The notes beneath the pieces are model-generated. The model ran no database searches, had not been told where the DNA came from, and was given only the letters and a program-made list of their open reading frames with translations. This document shows positions 1 through 12,800 of a stretch of DNA of 41,565 bases, one piece after another; within the stretch, counting starts at the first letter, position 1; each line of letters starts with the position of its first letter. The position numbers were made by a program, and so were the translations under genes. Origin of the DNA: Nemertoderma westbladi (lineage: Eukaryota > Animalia > Xenacoelomorpha); assembly GCA_032718475.1 (NCBI GenBank), contig JAUCBJ010006081.1, positions 1-41,565 of the forward strand, read 5' to 3'.

Positions 1-83
1 TGTTATAGTTAAAATTAAGGTTAGTTTGTGTGTTATAGTTAGAATTACGGTTAGTTTGTGTGTTATAGTTAGAATTACGGTTA
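1..83. repeat. 30-bp tandem repeat (tgttatagttagaattacggttagtttgtg), ~2.8 copies, truncated by window edge; degenerate gttag-rich sequence continues to ~200
   Basis: 30-nt periodicity visible in the first two lines. Confidence 0.8.
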
Positions 84-549
84 ATATTATTAGTATTAGG
101 TTGAGGGTAGTTAGTTATAATTACTGTAAGGTTTTTCAGAGTGAATATTAGTTTGTGGGTAGTTAGTTTGAATCAAAGTTAGTTAGTTTGTGGGTCGGGT
201 CCTAATGTTATTACTACATTTTGGCGAAATTGACATAGTATATTGTACTCTATACTTGTACCACCACTCGGCTCATCATACTTTATTATAGTGTTTATTG
301 ACTCCGATATGGTAAACGTCTATATTTTGTTTAGTTGAAGACCGATCTACCGGTGCATCTGGTATGCCTTCAATCTGTCACTGATCCCCCAGCCAAAGAC
401 GCACCCAGATCAAACGAAGTCGCCGTAGAAACTGAAATATTCCAACCATATTCCGCCTACTGTTATTTCACCTCTCATGTAAAAGACGCCATGTGAGTTT
501 TCTTCGCTATTATTTGCAATGTGAAAATTTCCCAAATGATACACTTCGG

Positions 550-3500
550 CTGGTCTCGGTGTTTTAGTTAAAAAGTCGATCTCTAAATATGTGTCTTTAA
601 TTAAGACTAACAGCAAACGGTTGCAACATGTTAATCTGACATTCCCAAATTCAAAAGATATCGTTCTGATTAACAGATATTTCCCAGTGGATTCTAGGAA
701 TAAAGAGTCAGTTAGTGATGAATATTTGGAAGCTATGAATGAAATTCTCAATATTGTAAATAGTGCCAATAGTAATAATATTTTAATAACTGGTGATTTT
801 AATGCCGAGTTTTCTAGGCAGACAGCTCATGTTAACCACCTCCGTAAGTTTGTTAGTGATAATAATCTGTTAGTTACATGGGATAAATTTGATATCGATT
901 ATACATGTATTTTCAATCAGAACGATGACTTATTTTTCTCTACTTTAGATCATTTTATAGTTTCTCAATTGTATTGCATCACATTGTATGCATGTTATGA
1001 AGCTGGGGTTGCACACTCGGGTGCTAATTTGTCTGACCACTCACCTATTTATTTTAAATTTTATGTAGATAATTTAGAAGATTCCAATGTGCTTAGAGAT
1101 TGTCCTTCAAAGCCAAATTTTCGTAAAGCTAATAGCGAGCAGCAAGAACTTTTTAAACAAACACTTTCTGATCGGTTAAGTAATTTAACATGTACAGTTT
1201 GTGCTGATAATTTTTGTGAGGATTTAAGTCATATAGGTAATATTGATGACTATACCAGTAAGATACTAGAAGCTCTTACTTAATGATGCCGCTTCTGTGC
1301 TACCAGGGTCTGGTGGCAATAGTAACAGAAATATGAGCTATACTCTTCCAGGTTGGAATGAGTACGTACGACCATTCAAAGAAGATGCTATATTCTGGCA
1401 TAGTTTATGGTTATCCGCAGGAAAACCTAATGCGAGTTCGGGTAATTTATTCCACATGAGACGTACTTCTAGAGCACAGTATAAGTTTGGTGTGCGTAGA
1501 CTGAAAAGAAAAGTAGACTTCATAAATAAGGATAAGTTACTAAATGCCTGTTTAACAAATTCTAGTATTAATATATTCTCAGAAATACGTAATTTAAGAG
1601 GCAATAGCTGCACTGGTTGTAGTTCTACTGTAGACGGTGCAACTGATGATATTTCTATTGCTAATGAGTTCGCTTCTATATGTAGGGATTTATTTAATAG
1701 AGGGTACGACTCTGATTTATCATTTATTGAAAGTAGTATTAATGAACAAATTTCTAGTTTAAATTCATCGGTTTGTGATTTAATTACACCGGAATTAGTT
1801 ACTTGTAAACTAAATAAGTTGAAATCTGCTAAGTCAGATGTCGATAATATTTTTAATTCGGACTGTTTAAAGAACGCTAACGTTGATTTAGCAGAACATC
1901 TTTCTAACCTATTCAATGCATTTGTAGTACACGGATATGTACCATTATTTTTATTGCGTTTTGCTCTTGTACCAATAATTAAAGATAAACTTGGGAGTAT
2001 GACATCTTCTACTAATTATAGGGCTATTGCGATTTCATCATTAATTATTAAAGTGTTTGAATGGGTTATACTAATTTCTCAGGAAGATAACTTTAAATTA
2101 GATGAACTACAGTTTGGTTTCCAGCGCAACTCTAGTACCACTATGTGTAGCTGGGCGGCTAAGGAAACAGTTTTTTTTATAAGAGGTTTTCAACACCCGT
2201 GTTTGGGTGTTTTCTAGACTTAACTAAGGCCTTCGATATGATCGAAGTTATTAAAGAAGGGGTTTTCACCGTTATTTCTTAGAATTCTTATTTGGATGTA
2301 TAAAGGTCAATCATGCTGTGTAAGATGGGGATCAGCTTTTTCAAATTCTTTTAGTATTTCTAATGGTGTTAAGCAGGGTGCGATCTTATCACCTATTCTA
2401 TTTTGTCTGGTTATTAACAAATTAATAATCCGTTTACGGGAAAGTAATTTGGGATGCCATATAGGTCTACGGTTTTTAGGTTGTTTTGTTTACGCCGATG
2501 ATATTTTATTATTATGCCCATCCATTTTAGGATTACAGCGCATGCTTTCTATTTGTGTTCAATTTGCATCAGAATTTAATGAGTTTTAGTACTAACGTAT
2601 AGTACTAACGTAGATCCAGGTAAAAGTAAATCTAAATGTGTTCCATTTGGTTTTAAGTTTAACCCCCCTTCCGTTATGATTTCATTAAACGAAGTTGTTT
2701 TGCCGTGGGTGAAAGAGGCAATGCATCTCGGTAACTCATTTGATTTTTCGTGTTTATTTAATACTGATATTAATTGTAAACGTGCTAAATTTATAGGTAA
2801 ATTAAGTTCACTACGTCAGGAATTTCATTTCTCCCATCCCAATAGTATTTTACAAATTCAGCGAATTTACGCAACTAGTTTCTACGGTAGTAATCTCTGG
2901 AACCTTTTTGGTGATATTTGTACTAAATTAATTACAAGTTGGAATATTAACGTTCGTTTAGTATGTGCTTTACCGTACAACACACATAGATATTTCATCG
3001 AAGGTTTATTAGATTTTCCTTATCCACATTCAATGTTATGCTCACGTTTTATTAAATTTGCCAGTACAGTTTTGTATTCAGACAAACCCACTATAAGATT
3101 TCTAGCCAATATTACCTTGTTTGATTGTAGATCCACTAGCGGATATAATATTAAGAATATTTCGAATAAATGTAAAGTACCTATCTCTAAGCTTTTTCCT
3201 AAATTATGTAACGATATTCGATTTTTTTGTAAAGGATTACCATTTTTCGTATATTAATATGTGTAGAGAATTAATTGACTGTAAACATTCGATCCTTCAG
3301 GTACCTGGTTTTAATGTAAATGAGCTAACTGAAATATTGAATTATATTTGTTCTAGTTAGTGTGTTGTCTAATAATATTTTTTTCTTTTCAATTATTTAT
3401 TCATGTTGTTTATTAATACGTATTACATTACTTGTGTTTATTACATTCACGTACGTTTTTCATTATTAATCGCTGTATTGTGCTTTATTATTATCTCTAA

Positions 3501-3573
3501 ATTTGTTACTTATGCTGTGCTAATATGTAATTTACATCTATTATGCACGAAATTATCGTTAAATAAATAAATA
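550..3573 (+). mobile_element. Decayed non-LTR retrotransposon (LINE), APE endonuclease + reverse transcriptase ORF split by stops/frameshifts; clade unresolved (RTE-X-like or CR1/L2 group); 5' boundary approximate
   Basis: APE motifs ITGDFNA, TLDHF, NLSDHSPI (591-1283); RT motifs NYRAIAISS, QFGF (1297-2217), GVKQGAILSPILF and YADDILLL (2296-2589); C-terminal LPWV..HLG and FYGSNLW (2676-3257); AT-rich 3' UTR ending in (AAAT)3 at ~3561-3573. Confidence 0.93.
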
Positions 3574-3712
3574 TTGAGTTTTGGAGGAAGTAAAACCTTT
3601 TGGGCAGCCATTCGCAACACATTTCATAACCTTTTAGCTTTTACCAACTAGACATTGAAACTGACCATACCACTTTTGACCATTGTGACACAACACACAC
3701 ATAATGCCTGTG

Positions 3713-3843
3713 TGTGGGGCGAGCCACGAAGTGAGTGAGCCTTAGCGTAGTGGTACCATTAATCAACCTGTCGTTCTGTGGGGCGAGCCACGAAGTGAGT
3801 GAGCCTTAGCGTAGTGGTACCATTAATCAACCTGTCGTTCTGT
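3713..3843. repeat. 64-bp direct tandem duplication of the element's 5' end
   Basis: tgtggggcgagccacgaagtgagtgagcc...aacctgtcgttc at 3713 and 3777. Confidence 0.92.
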
Positions 3844-6800
3844 CGTTCTGTCGTTCTGTCGCGTTCAATTTTAAACGTTAATAACTCGGCCAATCTTTGA
3901 TGAAATCTATCCAAACTTGGTACACATGTTGTTTGGCAAAAGTTTAGAAATTTTCCAAGTAGAATTTCAGTGTGGCCTTCGAGAAGCTAAGATAATAGCA
4001 GTTAATTAGTTAATTAAGTTATTACGGTAAAAACACCCTTTTCAACCTGCCTTTTAAAGGAAATTAATTGTTTTACAGTATAAGATTTACATAATTATAA
4101 TTAAAAATTATACAGATGTAATCCACATACGCCATTCTATTATAGTTTTTAATTAGTTCAAGTGATTTGCTTTAATAATTGTGTCTTTAATTGATCTAAA
4201 GTAATTAAAACGGCAAAAAAAAAATACTGCTCATTTATTGGCCAACATTCTGGTACATAGATGGGATGTGTGTGTCATTCCCAGTTGCTGGGAATGATTA
4301 TTGGTCAAGTCTCTGCTGCTGGCTGGGAGTTGTTGCTAAGACTAACCAGAGAGGAATAGTAATAGACAACCAGTATTGCTATTCCAGCCCAGACAGCATT
4401 CTTTAAATTCACTATAAATGTTGTATTGCTATCTCAGGTGAATGACAGATATCATAACATAAATACTATCCATGGCATGGCTGTTGTGTAGGCTTCTGAA
4501 ATAGTTTATTCCACAATGTATATGTCTGGTTATTTTTTAATTGAATTTTTGCAAAGTAGTAAAATTAATGTTCTTAAAAATAATATTATTATTTTATATG
4601 TAACCTAGGAAATTAGCTACATTTTTTCGCTGCAGCTTTAAGAGTGTACATTAATTTAATATTATTTCAATACCCATATTACTACATCGGCATAAGATGC
4701 GTTGGCGTTGTATCACACATCTCCACATATCACACATATCCACATAGATGTATCAACAGTTACTCGCACAGTTTCGAAACTTCGCATAGTTATAACTGTA
4801 TAAAGATCGTCAGTCTGCGTTCAGGAAAAATATTTTATAACAAAACAGGACAAGCGACGAGCGCAACGAGGCATATAATGAAGACGAGTACTGCGTTGAC
4901 TAAATTATTATATAAACCACCTGGCTTCACATATTGATCGCATCCCTAGTTATTATTATTATAAAGAACGTCCTAGCCTGCGTTTAAGAAATATATTTAA
5001 ATACAAAACAGGACGAACGCAACGAGGCTTATAATGAATACGAGTACTGCGTTTATTATATTCCTATAAACCACCTGGCTTTGCATATTGAACGTGCGAT
5101 TGGAAATAAGTTCGTGCTACCCTTCCGTGGGTGGTAGATGTCGCGGTTATGTATTGGTGGTTGGGAAGGGTGGGGGGGGGGGGGGGGGATTAAAAGGGGT
5201 GAACACGTACTGTCCCCCTTTCTTTGATTGATTGGTGGTGTGGGTAAATTTCTCAAAACCTGATTTTGTGATACAGTCGCTCAATTTTAATTTGTATCTC
5301 ATAACTGGGCCTCGTGCTGCGCGAAGGCCCCACGAACGTGTCGTTCTGTCGTTCTGTCGCGTTCAATTTTAAACGTTAATAACTCGGCCAATCTTTGATG
5401 AAATCTATCCAAACTTGGTACACATGTTGTTTGGCAAAAGTTTAGAAATTTTCCAAGTAGAATTTCAGTGTGGCCTTCGAGAAGCTAAGATAATAGCAGT
5501 TAATTAGTTAATTAAGTTATTACGGTAAAAACACCATTTTCAACCTGCCTTTTAAAGGAAATTAATTGTTTTACAGTATAAGATTTAAATAATTATAATT
5601 AAAAATTATACAGATGTAATCCCCATACGCCATTCTATTATAGTTTTTAATTAGTTCAAGTGATTTGCTTTAATAATTGTGTCTTTAATTGATCTAAAGT
5701 AATTAAAACGGCAAAAAAAATTTATTCTCATTAAATACTGCTCATTTATTGGCCAACATGCTGGTACATAGATGGGATGTGTGTGTCATTCCCAGTTGCT
5801 GGGAATGATTATTGGTCAAGTCTCTGCTGCTGGCTGGGAGTTGTTGCTAAGACTAACCAGAGAGGAATAGTAATAGACAACCAGTATTGCTATTCCAGCC
5901 CAGACAGCATTCTTTAAATTCACTATAAATGTTGTATTGCTATCTCAGGTGAATGACAGATATCATAACATAAATACTATCCATGGCATGGCTGTTGTGT
6001 AGGCTTCTGAAATAGTTTATTCCACAATGTATATGTCTGGTTATTTTTTAATTGAATTTTTGCAAAGTAGTAAAATTAATGTTCTTAAAAATAATATTAT
6101 TATTTTATATGTAACCTAGGAAATTAGCTACATTTTTTCGCTGCAGCTTTAAGAGTGTACATTAATTTAATATTATTTCAATACCCATATTACTACATCG
6201 GCATAAGATGCGTTGGCGTTGTATCACACATCTCCACATATCACACATATCCACATAGATGTATCAACAGTTACTCGCACAGTTTCGAAACTTCGCATAG
6301 TTATAACTGTATAAAGATCGTCAGTCTGCGTTTAGGAAAAATATTTTATAACAAAACAGGACAAGCGACGAGCGCAACGAGGCATATAATGAAGACGAGT
6401 ACTGCGTTGACTAAATTATTATATAAACCACCTGGCTTCACATATTGATCGCATCCCTAGTTATTATTATTATAAAGAACGTCCTAGCCTGCGTTTAAGA
6501 AATATATTTAAATACAAAACAGGACGAACGCAACGAGGCTTATAATGAATACGAGTACTGCGTTTATTATATTCCTATAAACCACCTGGCTTTGCATATT
6601 GAACGTGCGATTGGAAATAAGTTCGTGCTACCCTTCCGTGGGTGGTAGATGTCGCGGTTATGTATTGGTGGTTGGGAAGGGAGGGGGGGGGGGGGGGATT
6701 AAAAGGGGTGAACACGTACTGTCCCCCTTTCTTTGATTGATTGGTGGTGTGGGTAAATTTCTCAAAACCTGATTTTGTGATACAGTCGCTCAATTTTAAT

Positions 6801-6850
6801 TTGTATCTCATAACTGGGCCTCGTGCTGCGCGAAGGCCCCACGAACGTGT
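3841..6850. repeat. ~1.5-kb near-identical head-to-tail duplication (3841-5340 / 5339-6849)
   Basis: Offset 1498, rising to 1511 after a 13-bp indel near 5720; duplicated 97-aa spurious ORFs at 4644 and 6155 differ by one residue. Confidence 0.96.
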
Positions 6851-6881
6851 AAATTTTGTTTTATTGGAACTTTATAAATTT

Positions 6882-9800
6882 ATGGAAGAAGTTGTTCCTT
6901 TATTGATTCGTTATGTTACAGGTACCCGAGTGGAGGATGTTGTTCCTTTATTGATTCGTTATGTTCCAGGTACCCGAGTGGAGGATGTTGTTCCTTTATT
7001 GATTCGTTATGTTCCAGGTACCCGAGTGGAGGATGTTGTTCCTTTATTGATTCGTTATGTTCCAGGTACCCGAGTGGAGGATGTTGTTCCTTTATTGATT
7101 CGTTATGTTCCAGGTACCCGAGTGGAGGATGTTGTTCCTTTATTGATTCGTTATGTTCCAGGTACCCGAGTGGAGGATGTTGTTCCTTTATTGATTCGTT
7201 ATGTTCCAGGTACCCGATTGGAGGATGTTGTTCCTTTATTGATTCGTTATGTTCCAGGTACCCGAGCGGAGGATGTTGTTCCTTTATTGATTCGTTATGT
7301 TCCAGGTACCCGAGTGGAGGATGTTGTTCCTTTATTGATTCGTTATGTTCCCGGTACCCGATTGGAGGATGTTGTTCCTTTATTGATTCGTTATGTTCCA
7401 GGTACCCGAGTGGAGGATGTTGTTCCTTTATTGATTCGTTATGTTCCAGGTACCCGATTGGAGGATGTTGTTCCTTTATTGATTCGTTATGTTCCAGGTA
7501 CCCGAGTGGAGGATGTTGTTCCTTTATTGATTCGTTATGTTCCAGGTACCCGATTGGAGGATGTTGTTCCTTTATTGATTCGTTATGCTCCAGGTACCCG
7601 ATTGGAGGATGTTGTTCCTTTATTGATTCGTTATGTTCCCGGTACCCGATTGGAGGATGTTGTTCCTTTATTGATTCGTTATGTTCCCGGTACCCGATTG
7701 GAGGATGTTGTTCCTTTATTGATTCGTTATGTTCCCGGTACCCGATTGGAGGATGTTGTTCCTTTATTGATTCGTTATGTTCCAGGTACCGAAGTGGAGG
7801 ATGTTGTTCCTTTATTGATTCGTTATGTTCCAGGTACCCGATTGGAGGATGTTGTTCCTTTATTGATTCGTTATGTTCCAGGTACCCGATTGGAGGATGT
7901 TGTTCCTTTATTGATTCGTTATGCTCCAGGTACCCGATTGGAGGATGTTGTTCCTTTATTGATTCGTTATGTTCCCGGTACCCGATTGGAGGATGTTGTT
8001 CCTTTATTGATTCGTTATGTTCCCGGTACCCGATTGGAGGATGTTGTTCCTTTATTGATTCGTTATGTTCCCGGTACCCGATTGGAGGATGTTGTTCCTT
8101 TATTGATTCGTTATGTTCCAGGTACCCGAGTGGAGGATGTTGTTCCTTGATTGATTCGTTATGTTCCAGGTACCCGATTGGAGGATGTTGTTCCTTTATT
8201 GATTCGTTATGCTCCAGGTACCCGATTGGAGGATGTTGTTCCTTTATTGATTCGTTATGTTCCCGGTACCCGATTGGAGGATGTTGTTCCTTTATTGATT
8301 CGTTATGTTCCCGGTACCCGATTGGAGGATGTTGTTCCTTTATTGATTCGTTATGTTCCCGGTACCCGATTGGAGGATGTTGTTCCTTTATTGATTCGTT
8401 ATGTTCCAGGTACCCGAGTGGAGGATGTTGTTCCTTTATTGATTCGTTATGTTCCAGGTACCCGAGTGGAGGATGTTGTTCCTTTATTGATTCGTTATGT
8501 TCCAGGTACCCGATTGGAGGATGTTGTTCCTTTATTGATTCGTTATGTTCCAGGTACCCGATTGGAGGATGTTGTTCCTTTATTGATTCGTTATGTTCCA
8601 GGTACCCGAGTGGAGGATGTTGTTCCTTTATTGATTCGTTTTTGTTCCAGGTACCCGAGTGGAGGATGTTGTTCCTTTATTGATTCGTTATGTTCCCGGT
8701 ACCCGATTGGAGGATGTTGTTCCTTTATTGATTCGTTATGTTCCAGGTACCCGAGTGGAGGATGTTGTTCCTTTATTGATTCGTTATGTTCCAGGTACCC
8801 GAGTGGAGGATGTTGTTCCTTTATTGATTCGTTATGTTCCAGGTACCCGAACGGAGGATGTTGTTCCTTTATTGATTCGTTATGTTCCAGGTACCCGAGT
8901 GGAGGATGTTGTTCCTTTATTGATTCGTTATGTTCCAGGTACCCGAGTGGAGGATGTTGTTCCTTTATTGATTCGTTATGTTCCAGGTACCCGAGTGGAG
9001 GATGTTGTTCCTTTATTGATTCGTTATGTTCCAGGTACCCGAGTGGAGGATGTTGTTCCTTTATTGATTCGTTATGTTCCAGGTACCCGATTGGAGGATG
9101 TTGTTCCTTTATTGATTCGTTATGTTCCAGGTACCCGATTGGAGGATGTTGTTCCTTTATTGATTCGTTATGTTCCAGGTACCCGAGTGGAGGATGTTGT
9201 TCCTTTATTGATTCGTTTTTGTTCCAGGTACCCGAGTGGAGGATGTTGTTCCTTTATTGATTCGTTATGTTCCCGGTACCCGATTGGAGGATGTTGTTCC
9301 TTTATTGATTCGTTATGTTCCAGGTACCCGAGTGGAGGATGTTGTTCCTTTATTGATTCGTTATGTTCCAGGTACCCGAGTGGAGGATGTTGTTCCTTTA
9401 TTGATTCGTTATGTTCCAGGTACCCGATTGGAGGATGTTGTTCCTTTATTGATTCGTTATGTTCCAGGTACCCGATTGGAGGATGTTGTTCCTTTATTGA
9501 TTCGTTATGTTCCAGGTACCCGAGTGGAGGATGTTGTTCCTTTATTGATTCGTTATGTTCCAGGTACCCGAGTGGAGGATGTTGTTCCTTTATTGATTCG
9601 TTATGTTCCAGGTACCCGAGTGGAGGATGTTGTTCCTTTATTGATTCGTTATGTTCCAGGTACCCGAGTGGAGGATGTTGTTCCTTTATTGATTCGTTAT
9701 GTTCCAGGTACCCGAGTGGAGGATGTTGTTCCTTTATTGATTCGTTATGTTCCAGGTACCCGAGTGGAGGATGTTGTTCCTTTATTGATTCGTTATGTTC

Positions 9801-12800
9801 CAGGTACCCGATTGGAGGATGTTGTGCCTTTATTGATTCGTTATGTTCCAGGTACCCGAGTGGAGGATGTTGTTCCTTTATTGATTCGTTATGTTCCAGG
9901 TACCCGAGTGGAGGATGTTGTTCCTTTATTGATTCGTTATGTTCCAGGTACCCGACTGGAGGATGTTGTTCCTTTATTGATTCGTTATGTTCCAGGTACC
10001 CGAGTGGAGGATGTTGTTCCTTTATTGATTCGTTATGTTCCAGGTACCCGAGTGGAGGATGTTGTTCCTTTATTGATTCGTTATGTTCCAGGTACCCGAG
10101 TGGATGATGTTGTTCCTGTATTGATTCGTTATGTTCCAGGTACCCGATTAGAGGATGTTGTTCCTTTATTGATTCGTTATGTTCCAGGTACCCGAGTGGA
10201 GGATGTTGTTCCTTTATTGATTCGTTATGTTCCAGGTACCCGAGTGGAGGATGTTGTTCCTTTATTGATTCGTTATGTTCCAGGTACCCGAGTGGAGGAT
10301 GTTGTTCCTTTATTGATTCGTTATGTTCCAGGTACCCGAGTGGAGGATGTTGTTCCTTTATTGGTTCGTTATGTTCCAGGTACCCTAGCAGAGGATGTTG
10401 TTCCTTTATTGATTCGTTATGTTCCAGGTACCCGAGTGGAGGATGTTGTTCCTTTATTGATTCGTTATGTTCCAGGTACCCGAGTGGAGGATGTTGTTCC
10501 TTTATTGATTCGTTATGTTCCAGGTACCCGAGTGGAGGATGTTGTTCCTTTATTGATTCGTTATGTTCCAGGTACCCGAGCGGAGGATGTTGTTCCTTTA
10601 TTGATTCGTTATGTTCCAGGTACCCGAGTGGAGGATGTTGTTCCTTTATTGATTCGTTATGTTCCAGGTACCCGATTGGAGGATGTTGTTCCTTTATTGA
10701 TTCGTTATGTTCCAGGTACCCGAGTGGAGGATGTTGTTCCTTTATTGATTCGTTATGTTCCAGGTACCCGAGCGGAGGATGTTGTTCCTTTATTGATTCG
10801 TTATGTTCCCGGTACCCGATTGGAGGATGTTGTTCCTTTATTGATTCGTTATGTTCCAGGTACCCGAGTGGAGGATGTTGTTCCTTTATTGATTCGTTAT
10901 GTTCCAGGTACCCGAGTGGAGGATGTTGTTCCTTTATTGATTCGTTATGTTCCAGGTACCCGAGTGGAGGATGTTGTTCCTTTATTGATTCGTTATGTTC
11001 CAGGTACCCGAGTGGAGGATGTTGTTCCTTTATTGATTCGTTATGCTCCAGGTACCCGAGTGGAGGATGTTGTTCCTTTATTGATTCGTTATGTTCCAGG
11101 TACCCGAGTGGAGGATGTTGTTCCTTTATTGATTCGTTATGTTCCAGGTACCCGAGTGGAGGATGTTGTTCCTATATTGATTCGTTATGTTCCAGGTACC
11201 CGATTGGAGGATGTTGTTCCTTTATTGATTCGTTATGTTCCAGGTACCCGAGTGGAGGATGTTGTTCCTTTGTTGATTCGTTATGTTCCAGGTACCCGAT
11301 TGGAGGATGTTGTTCCTTTATTGATTCGTTATGTTCCAGGTACCCGAGTGGAGGATGTTGTTCCTTTATTGATTCGTTATGTTCCAGGTACCCGAGTGGA
11401 GGATGTTGTTCCTTTATTGATTCGTTATGTTCCAGGTACCCGATTGGAGGATGTTGTTCCTTTATTGATTCGTTATGTTCCAGGTACCCGAGTGGAGGAT
11501 GTTGTTCCTTTATTGATTCGTTATGTTCCAGGTACCCGAGTGGAGGATGTTGTTCCTTTATTGATTCGTTATGTTCCAGGTACCCGAGTGGAGGATGTTG
11601 TTCCTTTATTGATTCGTTATGTTCCAGGTACCCGATTGGAGGATGTTGTTCCTTTATTGATTCGTTATGTTCCAGGTACCCGAGTGGAGGATGTTGTTCC
11701 TTTATTGATTCGTTATGTTCCAGGTACCCGAGTGGAGGAGGTTGTTCCTTTATTGATTCGTTATGTTCCAGGTACCCGAGTGGAGGATGTTGTTCCTTTA
11801 TTGATTCGTTATGTTCCAGGTACCCGAGTGGAGGATGTTGTTCCTTTATTGATTCGTTATGTTCCAGGTACCCGATTGGAGGATGTTGTTCCTTTATTGA
11901 TTCGTTATGTTCCAGGTACCCGAGTGGAGGATGTTGTTCCTTTATTGATTCGTTATGTTCCAGGTACCCGAGTGGAGGATGTTGTTCCTTTATTGATTCG
12001 TTATGTTCCAGGTACCCGATTGGAGGATGTTGTTCCTTTATTGATTCGTTATGTTCCAGGTACCCGAGTGGAGGATGTTGTTCCTTTATTGATTCGTTAT
12101 GTTCCAGGTACCCGAATGGAGGATGTTGTTCCTTTATTGATTCGTTATGTTCCAGGTACCCGAGCGGAGGATGTTGTTCCTTTATTGATTCGTTATGTTC
12201 CAGGTACCCGAGTGGAGGATGTTGTTCCTTTATTGATTCGTTATGTTCCAGGTACCCGAGTGGAGGATGTTGTTCCTTTATTGGTTCGTTATGTTCCAGG
12301 TACCCTAGCAGAGGATGTTGTTCCTTTATTGATTCGTTATGTTCCAGGTACCCGAGTGGAGGATGTTGTTCCTTTATTGATTCGTTATGTTCCAGGTACC
12401 CGAGTGGAGGATGTTGTTCCTTTATTGATTCGTTATGTTCCAGGTACCCGAGTAGAGGATGTTGTTCCTTTATTGATTCGTTATGTTCCAGGTACCCGAG
12501 TGGAGGATGTTGTTCCTTTATTGATTCGTTATGTTCCAGGTACCCGAGTGGAGGATGTTGTTCCTTTATTGATTCGTTATGTTCCAGGTACCCGAGTGGA
12601 GGATGTTGTTCCTTTATTGATTCGTTATGTTCCAGGTACCCGAGTAGAGGATGTTGTTCCTTTATTGATTCGTTATGTTCCAGGTACCCGAGTGGAGGAT
12701 GTTGTTCCTTTATTGATTCGTTATGTTCCAGGTACCCGAGTGGAGGATGTTGTTCCTTTATTGATTCGTTATGTTCCAGGTACCCGAGTAGAGGATGTTG

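Larger units (their letters stand above)
3713..6862 (+). mobile_element. Non-autonomous Helentron/DINE-1-like (HINE) element with tandemly duplicated body
   Basis: 5' gtggggc (3714, 3778) is the inverted complement of subterminal gccccac (~5327, ~6836); (CTGTCGTT)n microsatellite after the 5' end, followed by a DINE-like 'ataactcggcc...aaacttggtacaca' block; ends ...aaattttgtt in a T-rich site; no coding capacity; internal ~80-bp imperfect repeat (~4840-4935 vs ~5003-5090). Confidence 0.6.

Noticed and set aside
290-365. Possible micro-exons as upstream exons of the Trx gene
   Set aside because: 20-27 nt AG..GT segments occur by chance; one has an in-frame stop and none has homology support.
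4644-6448. Duplicated 97-aa ORFs
   Set aside because: Non-ATG starts, no recognisable domain, inside the duplicated non-autonomous element.
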